A stretch of 64,000 nt of DNA from Salpingoeca rosetta (Eukaryota; Protista; Choanoflagellata): the NCBI GenBank assembly GCA_033442325.1, contig JAWQFM010000002.1:207568-271567 (forward strand), read 5' to 3'. A program made the position numbers and the translations under genes. The notes under the pieces are model-generated. The model did no database searches. It saw only the letters and a program-made list of their open reading frames with translations, and had not been told where the DNA came from. This document shows, piece after piece, positions 47,972 through 61,390 of this stretch. Within the stretch, counting starts at the first letter, position 1. Every line of letters begins with the position of its first letter.

Positions 47972-49411
47972 CTACTTTGAGAGCGACATGCCCTTGAGCT
48001 CCATGGCGAGATCGCGCGGGGTCTTGACGTCGCAGCGGAGAAGAATCCCCGACGCCTCGTAGTCATCTGCTGGCATCGCCTCGCTCGGGCCAGCATCATC
48101 ATCATCATCACCATCGTCATCATCATCACCATCATCATCATCATCGTCGTCATCACCATTGCTGCTGCTGTTGTTGTCATCGCCGTCATTGTTGGATTGG
48201 CTTGTTGCCTGCACGCATGGCCATTAAAGTCCAGAATCGACAACGAAAACACAGCAAACAGCAGTGGGAGATGGTGAGAGTGACGATGACAAGGTGTGTG
48301 GGATTATGTTACAGTTTTCACGCAACTCGATGTTCGAGCACAGCCTCACCTGAGGATATGAGGGCTTTTTCGTAGGCGTCGCTTCGTGGCTTGCCGATAC
48401 AACAATGTTCTCTTCAATGTCTTCATCAACATCAAACTCCTCTTGCTCATCGTCATCATCATCATCGTCATCATCATCGTCATCACTGCTGTCGCTGGGT
48501 TGAGCATCTGAAGGAAACAATGGGCACAGCCGCGGTGTATTGCATATCAGGTGTATGGGATGCAGAAAGGCTGCAAATGCGTCGACTGCCGCATATGCAC
48601 ACGCACACGCATATGCACACGCACACGCATGCACGCATTTGCACATACACGCACATACACGCACACACGCATACACACACATGCACACGAATGTCAACGA
48701 ACCGAGCTGAATCTGTTGCTGGAGCACGCCACGGAATTCAAGAGCTGTCTTGTTATCCGGCTCAACTTCAAGGACTGTCAAATCAAAGCCGTGTCAGCGT
48801 GAACAAATACATCAGAAAACACAAGAACACGCACGCACATGCACACACAGCGCACACACTCATGCACGCACACACACGTTGCACCCACGCTTACAAGTAC
48901 ACACAAAGAGAGCAACGGCATCACGGAAGACACCGCGAAATGTAGTTTGTACTCACTCTCATCGCAGAGCGCTTGCGCCTTCTCAAAGTTCTTCCCCATC
49001 ACAGCAGCAAGAAACTGTGCGACGATCAGCGCAAGACGAAAGCAACAAAACATGTGAGAGACGATGCCCACGGCAACGTGGCAACGCTGAGGCACGGCAC
49101 AGCGAGAAGCAGAAAACAAAGCAGTGCGGAGCACAGTAGGCTTGAATTGTGCGCACCTCTGTGATGAGGTGTACGGATGCCTTGTGGGAGGGCATGTGCT
49201 CCTCGTGGGCAACGTGGTCCGAGGTGTCGTTCAGATCGTGTTCTGTAGCTGATGGGGGCGAGCCTGGCGACGATGGTGATGTGGACCCTTGTCTGTGCTG
49301 TCCTTGGGCTCGTTGCGAGCTGCTAGTGACTGTCGCAGATTGTGCACGGGAAGAGTTGGCAGACAGCCGCGTCATACCGCCGCTCCCGCCTGTCCGTGGC
49401 CTCTTCTGCAT
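47972..49411 (-). CDS. ERICH2: ERICH2-like protein (TPR-like helical pair followed by acidic tail)
   Basis: FLAAVMGKNFEKAQALCDE|ILEVEPDNKTALEFRGVLQQQI resembles ERICH2 EFLxAxMxxxYxLAxKLCxMILxYEPxNxxAxEF, followed by D/E-rich exons. Confidence 0.7.
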
Positions 49412-49580
49412 GGCTGCTGCTGCTGCTGCTGCTGCTGCTGAGTGTGTGGTCTGTTGGGTCAAGAAGAAGAAGGGATGAAGAAGGTGACGGTGGGAGCAAC
49501 AGCAGCGACTCGTTGTTCGTTTTCCACCTTCGGCGTTGATTGTAGAGGATTATTGAACAATCATCAGTAATTTTCCGCAT

Positions 49581-49587
49581 TGGCAAC
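49581..49587 (-). promoter_or_regulatory. RFX-like half X-box (GTTGCCA on minus strand) in the ERICH2/AKAP14 divergent promoter
   Basis: TGGCAAC at 49581-49587 within a 194-bp interval between start codons; function inferred. Confidence 0.5.
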
Positions 49588-49605
49588 AAGAAAACACCAC
49601 TCACG

Positions 49606-50173
49606 ATGGCGGACGACAGCCAATCTGAGGCGAGCAGCGGGTCGCTGGTGGATGAGCGCCTGGACGAGGCAGCCGCCGAAATGGTCGCCCGGATCCTGCA
49701 GAGCGTGAAGAAGAAGATGGAAGAGCGGCCTCAATCCGGGCAGCTGTCGCCAGGGACCGAGCAAGAGGACGCGGGAGGCAAGACCACCACCACCACCATC
49801 ACCACCACGTCTGTTCCCGACAGCCGGCTATCCTCCGCCCGCACGACTGGTTCATCGTTCTCACGACCAACCACGGCAGACATCAGGTCCATGTCCACGA
49901 ACGTGGTGAAAACCGCGCTGCAATCGGCCATGCAGCGATTGACAGCGCTCACTGCGGATGAGCTGAACTGGGACAGCGCCAAGCTCATCATCGAGACGGT
50001 TGTGGAGGGCTGGGCCATCAGCGACATGTGGAAGTACCACGTTGCCAAGGAAGCAGAAGGTGCCGGCTACGTGCAGGCTTGTGTCACATGGAGTATTCCC
50101 ATGCGCCGCCGTCCAGTGCCAAACGCCACGGCCTACACCATGTTCAACCTCAACAAAACAGTACGAGGGTTCC

Positions 50174-50270
<97 letters not shown>

Positions 50271-50469
50271 TTGCTTTTTGGCAAGCGGTTTTTTTTTTTT
50301 TTTGGTGTGTGCGATGCGGCTGTGTTCGTGGGCGCGCAAATCCTGGCATTGTGAGCCGGCTGTTGTCTCTTGTACGAAACGCTCATGCGCGCTTGCTTCT
50401 CCGACAGGAGCACGGCATCAGCGTGGAGTGGCAGCTGGAGCAACAGCGCCTGAAGCACGAGTACGCATC

Positions 50470-50500
<31 letters not shown>

Positions 50501-50712
50501 CAACGTGGTTTTACTTTGTTGACGAATATAGCTCAACCACTGCATTCGCCGCGGTGCTGTCGTCCATGTACAGCCAATATTTGCTCACGCCTCTCACTTG
50601 ATGTTGATGTGCTGTCGATAAAATTGGCAGTGCAACACAACCGTGCCGGGAGCAGTGGCTGCACGATGTTGTCGCCAGCAAGCGGATTGTACATGATGCC
50701 TTTAAGATCTGA
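49606..50712 (+). CDS. AKAP14: A-kinase anchor protein 14 (AKAP28 domain), three exons
   Basis: VTWSIPMRRRPVPNATAYTMF...|ISVEWQLEQQRLKHD|ATQPCREQWLHDVVASKRIV* matches AKAP28 WSIPTxRxPIPxATAxVYF...FREKWLxDIxxSK; stop TGA 50710-50712. Confidence 0.8.
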
Positions 50713-51058
50713 CCCGGTCGCCTGCACTGCGTTTGTGTATGTACACCCATACTCACGCACTCACGTACACACTTCTCGCACTCACACAGAAACACCCACT
50801 CACGCACGGGCAATGCAATGCAACTCTTCTGCTGGGTGTTACTTGATAACCTGTACATAGACATTGACGTGACCTTGCGATTCATTATATCTGATCTTCT
50901 AGCGACGAAAACAGACACACAGAGACAGAGAGAGTGTGTGTGGGGGGGATGTGGGGGGGTGTGTGTGTGTGTATGTGGTGTGTGGGGGTGGGGGTGTGTG
51001 TGGGGGTGTGTGTGGGGGTGTGGGTGTGTGAGAGGGGTTGTCATGTGAACCAGCAGGA

Positions 51059-51562
51059 TCACCAGACGATATCACGTGCAATCTTGGCGCGATATGGTCG
51101 CTGACGCTGGTGCGGGTTGCGCTGCCGTCGCTTATCGAGCAAGTGCACGTTGCCTGACACAACGATGGAACAAGACAGTGTTGGTGTGTGAAAGGAGGAC
51201 GGCGCGCACAAATCACAGAGATTGCGCGCACCGCAAAATCCTGTCACAACCGACAAACGACAATAACAACGACGGCGACGACGACGACTTTTACATTGAG
51301 ACCAGGCTGAGCAACCCTCTTATCGCATCACGTACACACCGAGAGGATCTTCTGAGAACAAGGCCAGCGTTCGCTTCTCAGCAGCTGTCGCGCTTTCAAG
51401 GTCGGAGCAGACACCAAGGCCTTTGTACGTGATATCAAGATTCAACGCCTCCGCATGCTGCATGAATCGAGCGCGTTTGAACTCCCAGCCAACGACCTTG
51501 CAAGTGTGTGCGTGTGAGCGTATGCGCATGAGTGTGAGCGTATGCGCATGAGTGTGAGAGTG

Positions 51563-51604
<42 letters not shown>

Positions 51605-52455
51605 GTGAGTGAGAGTGCATGTGTGCGTTGTGTGTTGTGAGTGAGAGTGCATGTGTGCGTTGTGTGTGCGTGCGTGTGTGTGTTGTGAGTGAGAGTGCAT
51701 GTGTACGTTGTGTGTGGGATGTACATAGATGTGAGCTGACACACACACGTACGTCATCAGGCACACACGCACAACGAGCACGCCATTCAGAAGTGCAAGA
51801 ATCACTGGTCGTTTATAGCCTTGCGCCACACCTGCATTTTCGGTGACGGCACCGGAGTCGGCCCCGCTCGTTCCTGGATGAGTGCAGCTGTGTAGGCAAG
51901 ATTCTCCAATGAATCGCGTGCGTATTCTTCCAGCAGCGTGCGCTCTCTCAGCGCAGCGTCCAAGACACCAAGATGTTCGGCAAGAGTGAGGTATGACTGC
52001 GCCTCGCTCGTTGGGGTCTCTGCTTTGGTTGCACCGCCAGAGAACACAAGCGTTGCAGTTGGGTCTTCGTGTGCCAACTCCACTGCCCGCTTTACATGCT
52101 GCACAAAGGCTGCACCTTCTCCGGCCTGATGCAAGGCGCAATCGGAGTGAGGGGGTGGAGTGAGGAGGGTGCGTGAGGGGGGGGGGGATGAGTGAGGAGA
52201 GTGAGTGACAAACATTCATGTCAGCCGGCGCACAGCAGTCAAGTGCACCCGGCAAAGTGGCATCCTCCCCCTCTCTGTGTGCCCGCCCTTTGTGTGTCGC
52301 CTTGGCCAATCTCTTCCATCCACATGACTGCATACACTCACTTGGAACGGCGCGATGATCCAGTTTACACCCAGTGCTGGATCACAGCCTCGCTCACCAA
52401 TGTACACCCCATGCCCAGGGCACAGCACAACCGCAGCGGCAGCACACGAAGTCAT
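51059..52455 (-). CDS. DUF218/YdcF-like protein (yeast YOR238W-type)
   Basis: VVLCPGHGVYIG...WIIAPFQ|AGEGAAFVQHV...LVFSGGATK...SEAQSY...EEYARDSLENL|VVGWEFKRARF...DPLG|NVHLLDKRRQRNP. Confidence 0.85.
51510..51720. repeat. Intronic higher-order repeats (20-bp gtgtgagcgtatgcgcatga x2; gttgtgagtgagagtgcatgtg...cgttgtgtgt x3)
   Basis: Directly visible. Confidence 0.8.
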
Positions 52456-52621
52456 CACGTTCCGACCGTCGCCGAAATTTGTCCAATATCTCCATCGATT
52501 CTTCCCAACTCTTTGTGTATGTTTGTGTTTGTGAGCAACGACCAACCCACAACAGCAACCCACCATCCCACGTACACGACAGTCCATCGTCTCTGCGAGC
52601 GCCACGTCCAACCGCCCAACG

Positions 52622-54500
52622 ATGCCGCCTCCTCCACCTCCAGGCCCGCCACCGCCGCCGCCTCCGCCACCTGTTTCGTCTAGCTCCACACCAGTGGTGA
52701 ATGCTTCCGGTGGGAAAGCGATTCAAGATCTCATTGCAGAGAAGCAGGCCATGGTGAGTGTGCCGGTGCAGGAAAGACGGGAGGCGACGACTCATGACAC
52801 CGACACGCGTGCACTGCACAAGTGCACACCCTCACACACACGCACACACATGCACAACCACATTCGCGTGCTCTGGACACACTTTCACAAGTACACTCTG
52901 CACGCGCATTTGTAGGTTGAGGCCATTACACCTGTCCGCCCAAAGACGCCGCCACCAAGGGAGCCGGATAAATTGGTGGACGTCCACTTTGACTCGCTGT
53001 CGTGCGTCCAACTTTTCAACAAGCTGCAATTCGGCAGCCAGCTACTCGTCCTCGATTGTAGGGACGCGCAATCCTTTGACAAGTACGAAAACACACGTGT
53101 GTGTGGGTGTGGGTGTGGGTGTGGGTGTGTGAGTGTGTGTGGGTAAATGCATTCGTGTATGTATGCTTACATGTGTATTGTTTGTGTGATTGTGTGTGTG
53201 TGTGTGTGTGGTAGGTATGAATGTTCGTGTGCATGAGTATGTTTGGCAACATCGCCCTGAAGGCTGTTTCTGACTCCTCGTGTCGTGATGCTTGCCAGAT
53301 TGCATGTCCGATCTGCAGTCAACTGGGACTGCGTGAAACACCAAAGTGCGTTCTGCCATGGCATGCTATCACAATTGTGTGTGCGTGAGGGGCGTTGGAT
53401 GACTTGGCCTCCTTGATGACTGAGAATGTGCGCAACAACAAGGGACAGTGACGGATGATGACAACTAACACTCGCGTGCGTAGGTTTGTTGGATCTTGAA
53501 GAGAAGGTGCCGCGGCTGTTCTTCCGTCGACAGTACCATGTCATCCTCTACGATGACGGCAGCAGCCTCGAGGTACACGACCGCACACGTGCGCACAAAT
53601 GATCTCTGAGTTGATGGTGGCTGTGCGCGAATGGTGTTTGTTGCGTGGAACTGGCACATACATCAACACCACCCTCACACTCAAACCTGAATCTTGCTTC
53701 TTGTTTGCGTCATCGTACAATCGTTCCAGAGCCCATCAGACCGCTTGAAATCTGCAATGGATATTCTGGTCGCCGACCAGAGAACACAACAGGTGTGTGT
53801 GTGTGTGTGTGTGTGTGTGTCTGTCTGTGTGTCTGTGTGTCTGTGTGTCTGTGTGTGTGTGTGTGTCTGTGTCTGTGTCTGTGTGTGTGTCTGTGTCTGT
53901 GTGCGTCTGTGTGTGTGAACGCACATGTGCGTACAATTGCATGCGTGCGTGAATGACGCACCATTCTCTGCCCATCTTTTCTTGTGTAGACGGTTCGTGT
54001 TTTGTCCGGCGGCCTCGCTGCTTTTTCCCGCTCGTACCCCTTCCTGGTCAAAGGCACCGACGAGTTTAATGACGCTGAATACCCATCAGAGGTCAGATAT
54101 GCGTGCATGTGCGTGCCTGTGTGCGAGTGTGTGTGTGTCTGTGTGTGTCTGTGTATCTGTGTATCTGTGTGTGTGTGTGTGTGTGTGTGTCTGCGTGTGT
54201 CTGTGTGTCTGTGTGTCTGTGTCTCTCTCTCTCTCTCTGTGTGTGTGTACATGTGTGTGTGTGTGTGTACGTGCGTGCTGTCTGTCCATCACCTCACCAC
54301 AACCACGCCGTCCGGTTTTCCGGCCCAATCCTCAGATCATTGATGGATTTCTCTTCCTCGGAAACTGGGAGACAGCAAACAACCGTCGAGTCTTACGAGA
54401 CCTGGTATCATCGCATACGCCTGCTTTGTCTGTCTATCTGTCTCTCTGTCTGTCAGCGTATGCCTCTGTGTGTCAGCATATGCCTCTGTGTGTCTGTATC

Positions 54501-54545
<45 letters not shown>

Positions 54546-55336
54546 CTGCGTGTCTGTGTGTATTCGTCACCATGTGCTGCTCTTCGCTCACTAGCGGAAT
54601 TGATGCACCATCACCTGTACACAGGAGATCACACGCGTCGTCAATGCGACAGACAGCTGCGACATGCCATTCAAGGGCGACCTGGAGGTGCGTTCATGCC
54701 ACTTCATATCCTTCACCCATTTCCAGTGTGTGCTTTGTGTTTGCTGTTGATATACGTTCATGTATTCGCCACTTCTAACCATACATGTCTGTGTGTGTGT
54801 CTGTGTGTGCGCGTGTGTCTTTCTGTGTGCGTGTGTGTCTCTCTCCCTCTCTCCCTCTTTCCCTCTCTCCCTCTCTCCCTCTCTCCCTCTCTCCCTCTTT
54901 CCCTCTCTGTTCTGTGTGTCTGTGCATGTGCAGTACCTGCATTGTCCGCTGGACGATCACGCCGAAGCGGACATTTCCGCCCACTTTGACGACTGCCTGG
55001 CGTTCCTGTGCAGAGCGAAAAAGGACAGCGAGCGCGTCCTTATCCACTGCAAAATGGGCATGAGGTGTGTGACAGGGATAACCAACAAGTATCTGTCTAT
55101 CTTCTGCCTGTCTCTCTGTCTGTCTATTTGTCCACGCTTTCCCACACACACACCCCCCCCCCCCCCAGCTGTCTGTCAGTGTCAGTACACGCGACCTCAC
55201 CTCGACATCACCACCACCACCACCACCGCCACCATCTTGCTTAACCGTGTCAGCCGCTCCCCGGCCCTTGTCATCCTGTGGCTGATGCACAAACACAACC
55301 TCAGCCTGCGAGAGGTGCGCCGCATTGCCTCTGCCG

Positions 55337-55422
<86 letters not shown>

Positions 55423-55774
55423 GTGTGTGTGTGTGTGTGTGTGAAGAAGCGAAACTGCTCATGCTTTCACTTCACGCATAAACGCACGCACACATATACA
55501 CACCGCGCTGCTGTCTCTGCTTCACTCCTTCCCATGCACTCGGATGACACTTAAACACCCCACCACCACACCCCCTCCCCTTCTTCGTCGTCTCTGCAAA
55601 GGCGACGGAGCTCGTGCGTGAGCGGCGGCCGTACATCAATCCAAACCCGGGATTCCTCCTGCAGCTCGGCAGGCGCGAGGTGACGCTGTGCCCTGCCCAC
55701 ACCTGCTCCTGTACATGCCACCTACGCTAGCACGTCTCCACCCATGTTTGCATGTCTGCACAAACATAAGACGC

Positions 55775-55822
<48 letters not shown>

Positions 55823-56024
55823 ACACACACACACACACTTACACTTACACGTGCATGACACCTTCACGCGCGGTTCCCGCGACCACCACGATGCCTGGGT
55901 GCAGGTTGAGCTGTTTGGGGAAACGACAATCCGCTTCCCGAGTACAGACAACATCACGATGGCGACGCCCTACGAGTGGCGCCAGCCAGACGGCTCATGG
56001 GTCACCCGCGTCGTCATCCGCTGA
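52622..56024 (+). CDS. Rhodanese + dual-specificity phosphatase (MKP/STYXL1-like architecture) with polyproline N-terminus
   Basis: [14 protein letters not shown]|LHVRSAVN; VILYD; [16 protein letters not shown]; YPSE|[10 protein letters not shown]; PLDD; [10 protein letters not shown]|RS (intact HCxxGxSRS); [15 protein letters not shown]; stop TGA 56022-56024. Confidence 0.9.
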
Positions 56025-56064
56025 TGTGGCCGTGGTGGTGATGTGTGTGTGCGTGTGTGTTGTA

Positions 56065-56110
<46 letters not shown>

Positions 56111-56571
56111 GTATCTGTGTTTGTCTGTGTTTGTCTGTGTTTGTTTGTGTGAGTCGTTGACTGGCACATGACACTGCTGCTTCCCTTCATTCGCTCCTCT
56201 GCCCACACGTGCTGTCTCACTGTCTGCTCGCTCACGTCACTGGTACGTTGCTGGTGACACGACTGTGGCCAAGTAAACGCATTCGTTTCATGCGGCGGTC
56301 GACCATGACCACCTGGACAAAGGGTGCCATTAGGGGGGGGGGCTGTTTGCAACGGAGGCAATGAGATACTCATGAAGCGCAGAAACGAGCTAGGGCACAC
56401 TTGCTTGGTGATGCTGTGGCCATCACACACATGCACACCGTGGACTGATGGCAGTGCTTTGGTGTGTGTGGAGTAACGGGTGAGATCAAAGAAGCAAGAA
56501 GAAAAAAAAGAAGAATGAAGAATGACGGCTCGATTTCACTTGATTGTGCGGTGTGTGCGAGCAGCCTTGGG

Positions 56572-56852
56572 TCAGACTGCGGTGTCCATGGCTGCTGAAA
56601 TGTCCCCGACGGCTTTGATCGTGTCCTGAACGCGTCGAATGCACAATGCAAGTGAGAACACATTCGCATGCAATCCACAGGCTCGTTCAGATGAACACCA
56701 CAGCACATGCAACAAGTGTACATGTACACATACACAAGAGAGGGAGAAGAGAAAGGGAGCTCCAACACCGACACACACACACACACACGCACTCACGCAC
56801 GCACACACGCACTCACACACACGCACTCACGCACTCACGCACACACGCACAC

Positions 56853-56939
<87 letters not shown>

Positions 56940-58418
56940 TGAGTTGCGCTGGGGAGACGTCGAAGCAGACAAGCTGTCTGTCGCCAGACGGGCGGGCGAT
57001 GGTCAACTGCAACGTCGCGTACACGCGCGAAATCGCCTCTGATGCCCTTGAGCTCGTGGTGACTGCGAGCTTCCAGTCCACGTCAACCACCTTGCCTATG
57101 GAGAGAGCGTTTGTGACAGAGAGCGCCTTTGCTGCCTCGGCCGCACGCTCCTTCCACACCGCCTTCAGGGCTTTGATCGCCGCTGATGTCCACGACTGTA
57201 GTGGGGGGCACAGCGCGTGAGGAAAGCTGTGGAAACGCATGCTCAACACTGCTGATGATGGCATTCACACACTTCAAATACACATACGGGCATGTACAAG
57301 TGCGTACATACGCATACAAGCACAAGCACGTACATACACACATGCACACATACAGTTCCAGAGACAGCACGGAGAGCTGGCCCAAAGTTGTCAATCTCAA
57401 CGCGGGCAATGGCTGCCTCCCTAGGTCAGATGCAGAGGAGGAGAAGCAAGCAGATGCACATTGTGTGAGACAGTGGGCGTTACTGCTGAGGACTCAAAGA
57501 GTCAGGCTCACTGCGAGCAGGGCCAGGTACGGTTTGCAGACAGAAGCACGCAACACAACAAGGAAAATCGAGTGGCAACATGTTGCTGCTGCTGCGTCAG
57601 GGAGAGCATACTTGTAGATGAGAACGAGGGCACGAACGACAGCCGTGATTCGATCAATGTCTTGAGCGACAGATTCAACTCCGTTCGCTTTCTGCATTCA
57701 ACAAGCAAACCAGCAGTGAGAGTAGGTTGCCACAGTGGCGCGTTCGGAAGCATACACACACACACACATACGCACAACAACACACACACAACAACACACC
57801 AACGCGTAACACACACACGCAACAACACACATATACGCGCGCGCACACACACGCACTGCGAAAGAACCAAGATGCGGTGACAGATTGCACAGCTGCACGA
57901 CCGGTCACCGCTTCCCCCCCCCCCACTTTGTCGGGGATGCCGAACTCAACAAACCGACCTGTGTCAGTGCATTGAAGTCCAGGGGAGACTCGACTTCGTG
58001 TGTCAAGTGGTTGATGGATTCGTGCGCCTGATTTCACACAAAGCAGCCAGCCATATGAGCGCGTGGTGGTGTGACGACAACGCGGCAATGTGATGTGTCA
58101 TGGTGTGTGAGTTTCGAGGGACTGGGAGGTGGTCCGCATGAAGGTGGTGCGTGTGCTTGTTCGTGTCGTCTGTTGCCTCGAAGTGCAGAGCGTGACAAGC
58201 CCTCACTGCAATAATGTCAGTCCCCTTCCTTCCCCTTCCTTCCCTCCCCTTCCTTCCTTTCTTCTCCACTGGAGGCCAACCCATTGAATGGCATTGCATT
58301 GTTTGCGTGTTCGTTTCTCTTCAACGCGCCAACGCACCAAGATGGCAATCGTCTCTTGTTCCAGGCCGCACAAGTGGGTGACAGCACCCGCGAACCCAGG
58401 CGGCACATCCGCCAACAT
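56572..58418 (-). CDS. COMMD6: COMM domain protein, most like long-form COMMD6
   Basis: LSIGKVVDVDWKLAVTTSS...VYATLQLTIARPSG...CFDVSPAQLK and C-terminal DISAAMDTAV; first exon MLADVPPGFAGAV. The paralogue assignment and middle exons are uncertain. Confidence 0.72.
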
Positions 58419-58485
58419 GATGGTTGGTTTGTTTGTTGTCGCTTTGTGTGCGTGGAGGGGTGAGTTGGGAAAATTTGCATGTGTT

Positions 58486-58522
58486 GTTGCTAATTTTCAG
58501 CATAGTGCGGCTCATTGGAAAC
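58486..58522. promoter_or_regulatory. Two RFX-like half-sites (GTTGCTA 58486-58492; TGGAAAC 58516-58522) upstream of MORN2
   Basis: Seen within the 177-bp COMMD6/MORN2 divergent interval; imperfect matches. Confidence 0.35.
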
Positions 58523-58595
58523 GCAAACAAACGTGAGCGAGCAAAGCAGAGTGGTGGTTCTGACAGATTCGCTGCATCCATACATCCATAGCATC

Positions 58596-58675
58596 ATGTC
58601 ATCAAAGTCGCCCCGTCAGAGCCGACGAAGCGTGTCCTTACGAGAATGTAGGTCTGTGTCTGTGTGTCTGTGTCT

Positions 58676-58707
<32 letters not shown>

Positions 58708-60123
58708 CTGTGTCTGTGTCTGTGTCTGTGTGTGTCTGTGTGTGTGTCTGTCTGTCTGTCTGTGTGTGTGTCTGTCTGTCTGTGTGTGTCTGTGTCCGTC
58801 TGTCTGTCTCTCTCTGTCTGTCTCTCTCTGTCTCTCTCTGTCCGTTTGTCTGTCTCTCTGTCTCTCTGTCCGTCTGTCTGTCTATGTCTGTCTGTCTGTG
58901 CCAGTGTGTGGTGTGTCTCCCGACTATCTGCCTGTGTGTCTATGGTGATAATTACTCCTGTTGTCGCAACCTATGCATGATGCGGGTCATATTGGACCTT
59001 GCCCAAGTGTCAACCCAATCACTCACGCGCACGCGTGCTGTGTACTTACTTGCTCGACAACCAGCCATTGCTGTTATTGAGGCACCCCCACTGCCAACGA
59101 CAGAAAGCTTCGTGTTTCCAGATGGCTCCAAGTACATTGGCGGGTTTCAGATCTCGGAGCGCAAGTTTGTGGTGCGCGAAGGCAAAGGGTTGATGAAGTT
59201 TGCCAACGGAAGCATTTACGATGGCGAGTGGTCCAACGACAAAATGCACGGTCACGGTGCGTCTGCATCTGTGTCTGTGTCTGTGCCTGTGTGTGTTTGT
59301 GTATCTGTGCCTGTGTGTGTGTGTGTGTGTGTGTGTGTGCACGTGTGTGTCTGCGTGTATCTGTGTGTATGTGTATGTGGCTGTCCCTTGGCTGTCTCTT
59401 AGCTATTTGTCTGTCTGTCTGGCTCTGTCTGTCTGGCTCTGTCTGTCTGCCTGTCTGTCTCTGTTTGTCTGTCTGTCTGCGTGCGTGCATTCTTACTTGT
59501 GTCGTCATGGACTGTTCTTGCGTCCATGTCTGCGCGAATGTGTTCTATCTTCTTTCTTCACCTCGCCGGGCAATTATTGCCTCAAATTTTTGACACTCCT
59601 GCCAAGCAGCAAGAACACCCTGTTTCCCTTTCACTGTACCGGCTGCTCTGCTACACACGCTCACCTTACACGCTGGCTGACTTGTTTCTGTCGTTTACAT
59701 TTGTTCGTTCCAATCGTAGGCAAGCTCACCTTGTCGGATGGGACACAGTATGAGGTGTGCGCGCGTGTGTATGTTTGTGTGTGTGTGTGTGTGTGTGTGC
59801 AATATATGTGCGTGTCTGTGTGTGTGTGTGCAATATGTGTGTGTGATATGTGCGTGTGTGCGTGTGATATGTGTGTGTGATGTGTGCTTGCCTGCAGCTT
59901 TGCATGCGAGCTTGCCTGTACCCTTTGTGCACACGTGTGCTCAGGCTGTTTGCTACCACTGACATGTAGGGAAGTTTTGAGAACGGGGAGTACAGCGGCA
60001 ATGGCACCCTCACCCTAGCTAACGGAACCACATGCTCAAGCACATTTGCAAACAACACGTATGTCTTTTCTTCTTGCTGCTGTTGCTGCGTGCATGTGGA
60101 CGTGTGTTGTTTCATCTACGTAG

Positions 60124-60175
<52 letters not shown>

Positions 60176-60437
60176 GTTGTATGATGGAGGGTTTGATGAT
60201 GCGGAGCACACCGCTCTGCTGTGGTTTTGCGGGGAGTGGTCTGCCAACACCATCTCGTTCCCCCGCCCCCTCACTTCCACAACAACCCCTGCATCGCCAC
60301 CCTCTCCACCATCCTCGTCGCGGTTACTGTGCTTTGGGTACAGACCTGTCGGAAACACGACGTTGGTGGATGCTGCCGGGAAGAAGTGGGTTGCCGTGTG
60401 GGGTGAGGGCACAGGCGCCTTCAAGCCGTGCTTGTGA
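58596..60437 (+). CDS. MORN2: MORN repeat protein 2-like
   Basis: [11 protein letters not shown]...[28 protein letters not shown]|[11 protein letters not shown]|[19 protein letters not shown]...N|[16 protein letters not shown]; length and layout match MORN2. Confidence 0.8.
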
Positions 60438-60875
60438 GTGTGCGTCTGTGTCTGTGTCTGTGTGTGTCTGTATCTGTGTGTGTGTGTGTGTGTCGGTGTG
60501 TCGGTGTGTGTGTGTGTCTGTATCTGTGTGTGTGTGTGTGTCGGTGGTGGTGTGTCTCTTCATCTTTCTTGCCCAATTCCTGCGGCTGCTGCGGCTGCTG
60601 TGAACCCAGACACACACCTTTGCTGTGTACCAACTGTAACTGCATTCGCTCTTGTTCATAGCCCTCACTTCTTCTCGCTTCCATTCGTTCCGTAACTGCA
60701 ATTCCTTCCCTTTGAAGAAACACTCACTCGATGGCTGTTTCGTTCACGCTGTTCATGCAAGCGCGTGGAGAAACGACACGGAGATGGGGGGGGGGGAAGA
60801 GAGGAGAGTACATACACACACACACACAACACACACACACACACAATTGCACACACAACACACACACACACAATT

Positions 60876-60953
<78 letters not shown>

Positions 60954-61100
60954 TGCGGGTGCGTTGTCTGCAGTTCATCGCCACGCACATGAAAGTGTGA
61001 TGACATCATCGCAGCGGGGCAAAACGTGCAAAACACGAATAATTCGCCTTCTTTGGGCTTCCAGCAGCGGAAAAGAACAACGCATCGCACCCAACACTGC

Positions 61101-61291
61101 ATGCAAAGGAAGGACAGCGTCGCCCGTTCACGAACACCAGACCAGAATGAACACAGCCTTCACGAGCAGCAGCAGCACATTGCTGCGGCAGCCTCCCCCC
61201 CCCAAGTTGTTGTTGAGGAGATGGTATAATATTTTAGCACACAAACACACAACACAACACAAGGCCACCATCGCTACGCTACACACAAAGC

Positions 61292-61390
<99 letters not shown>

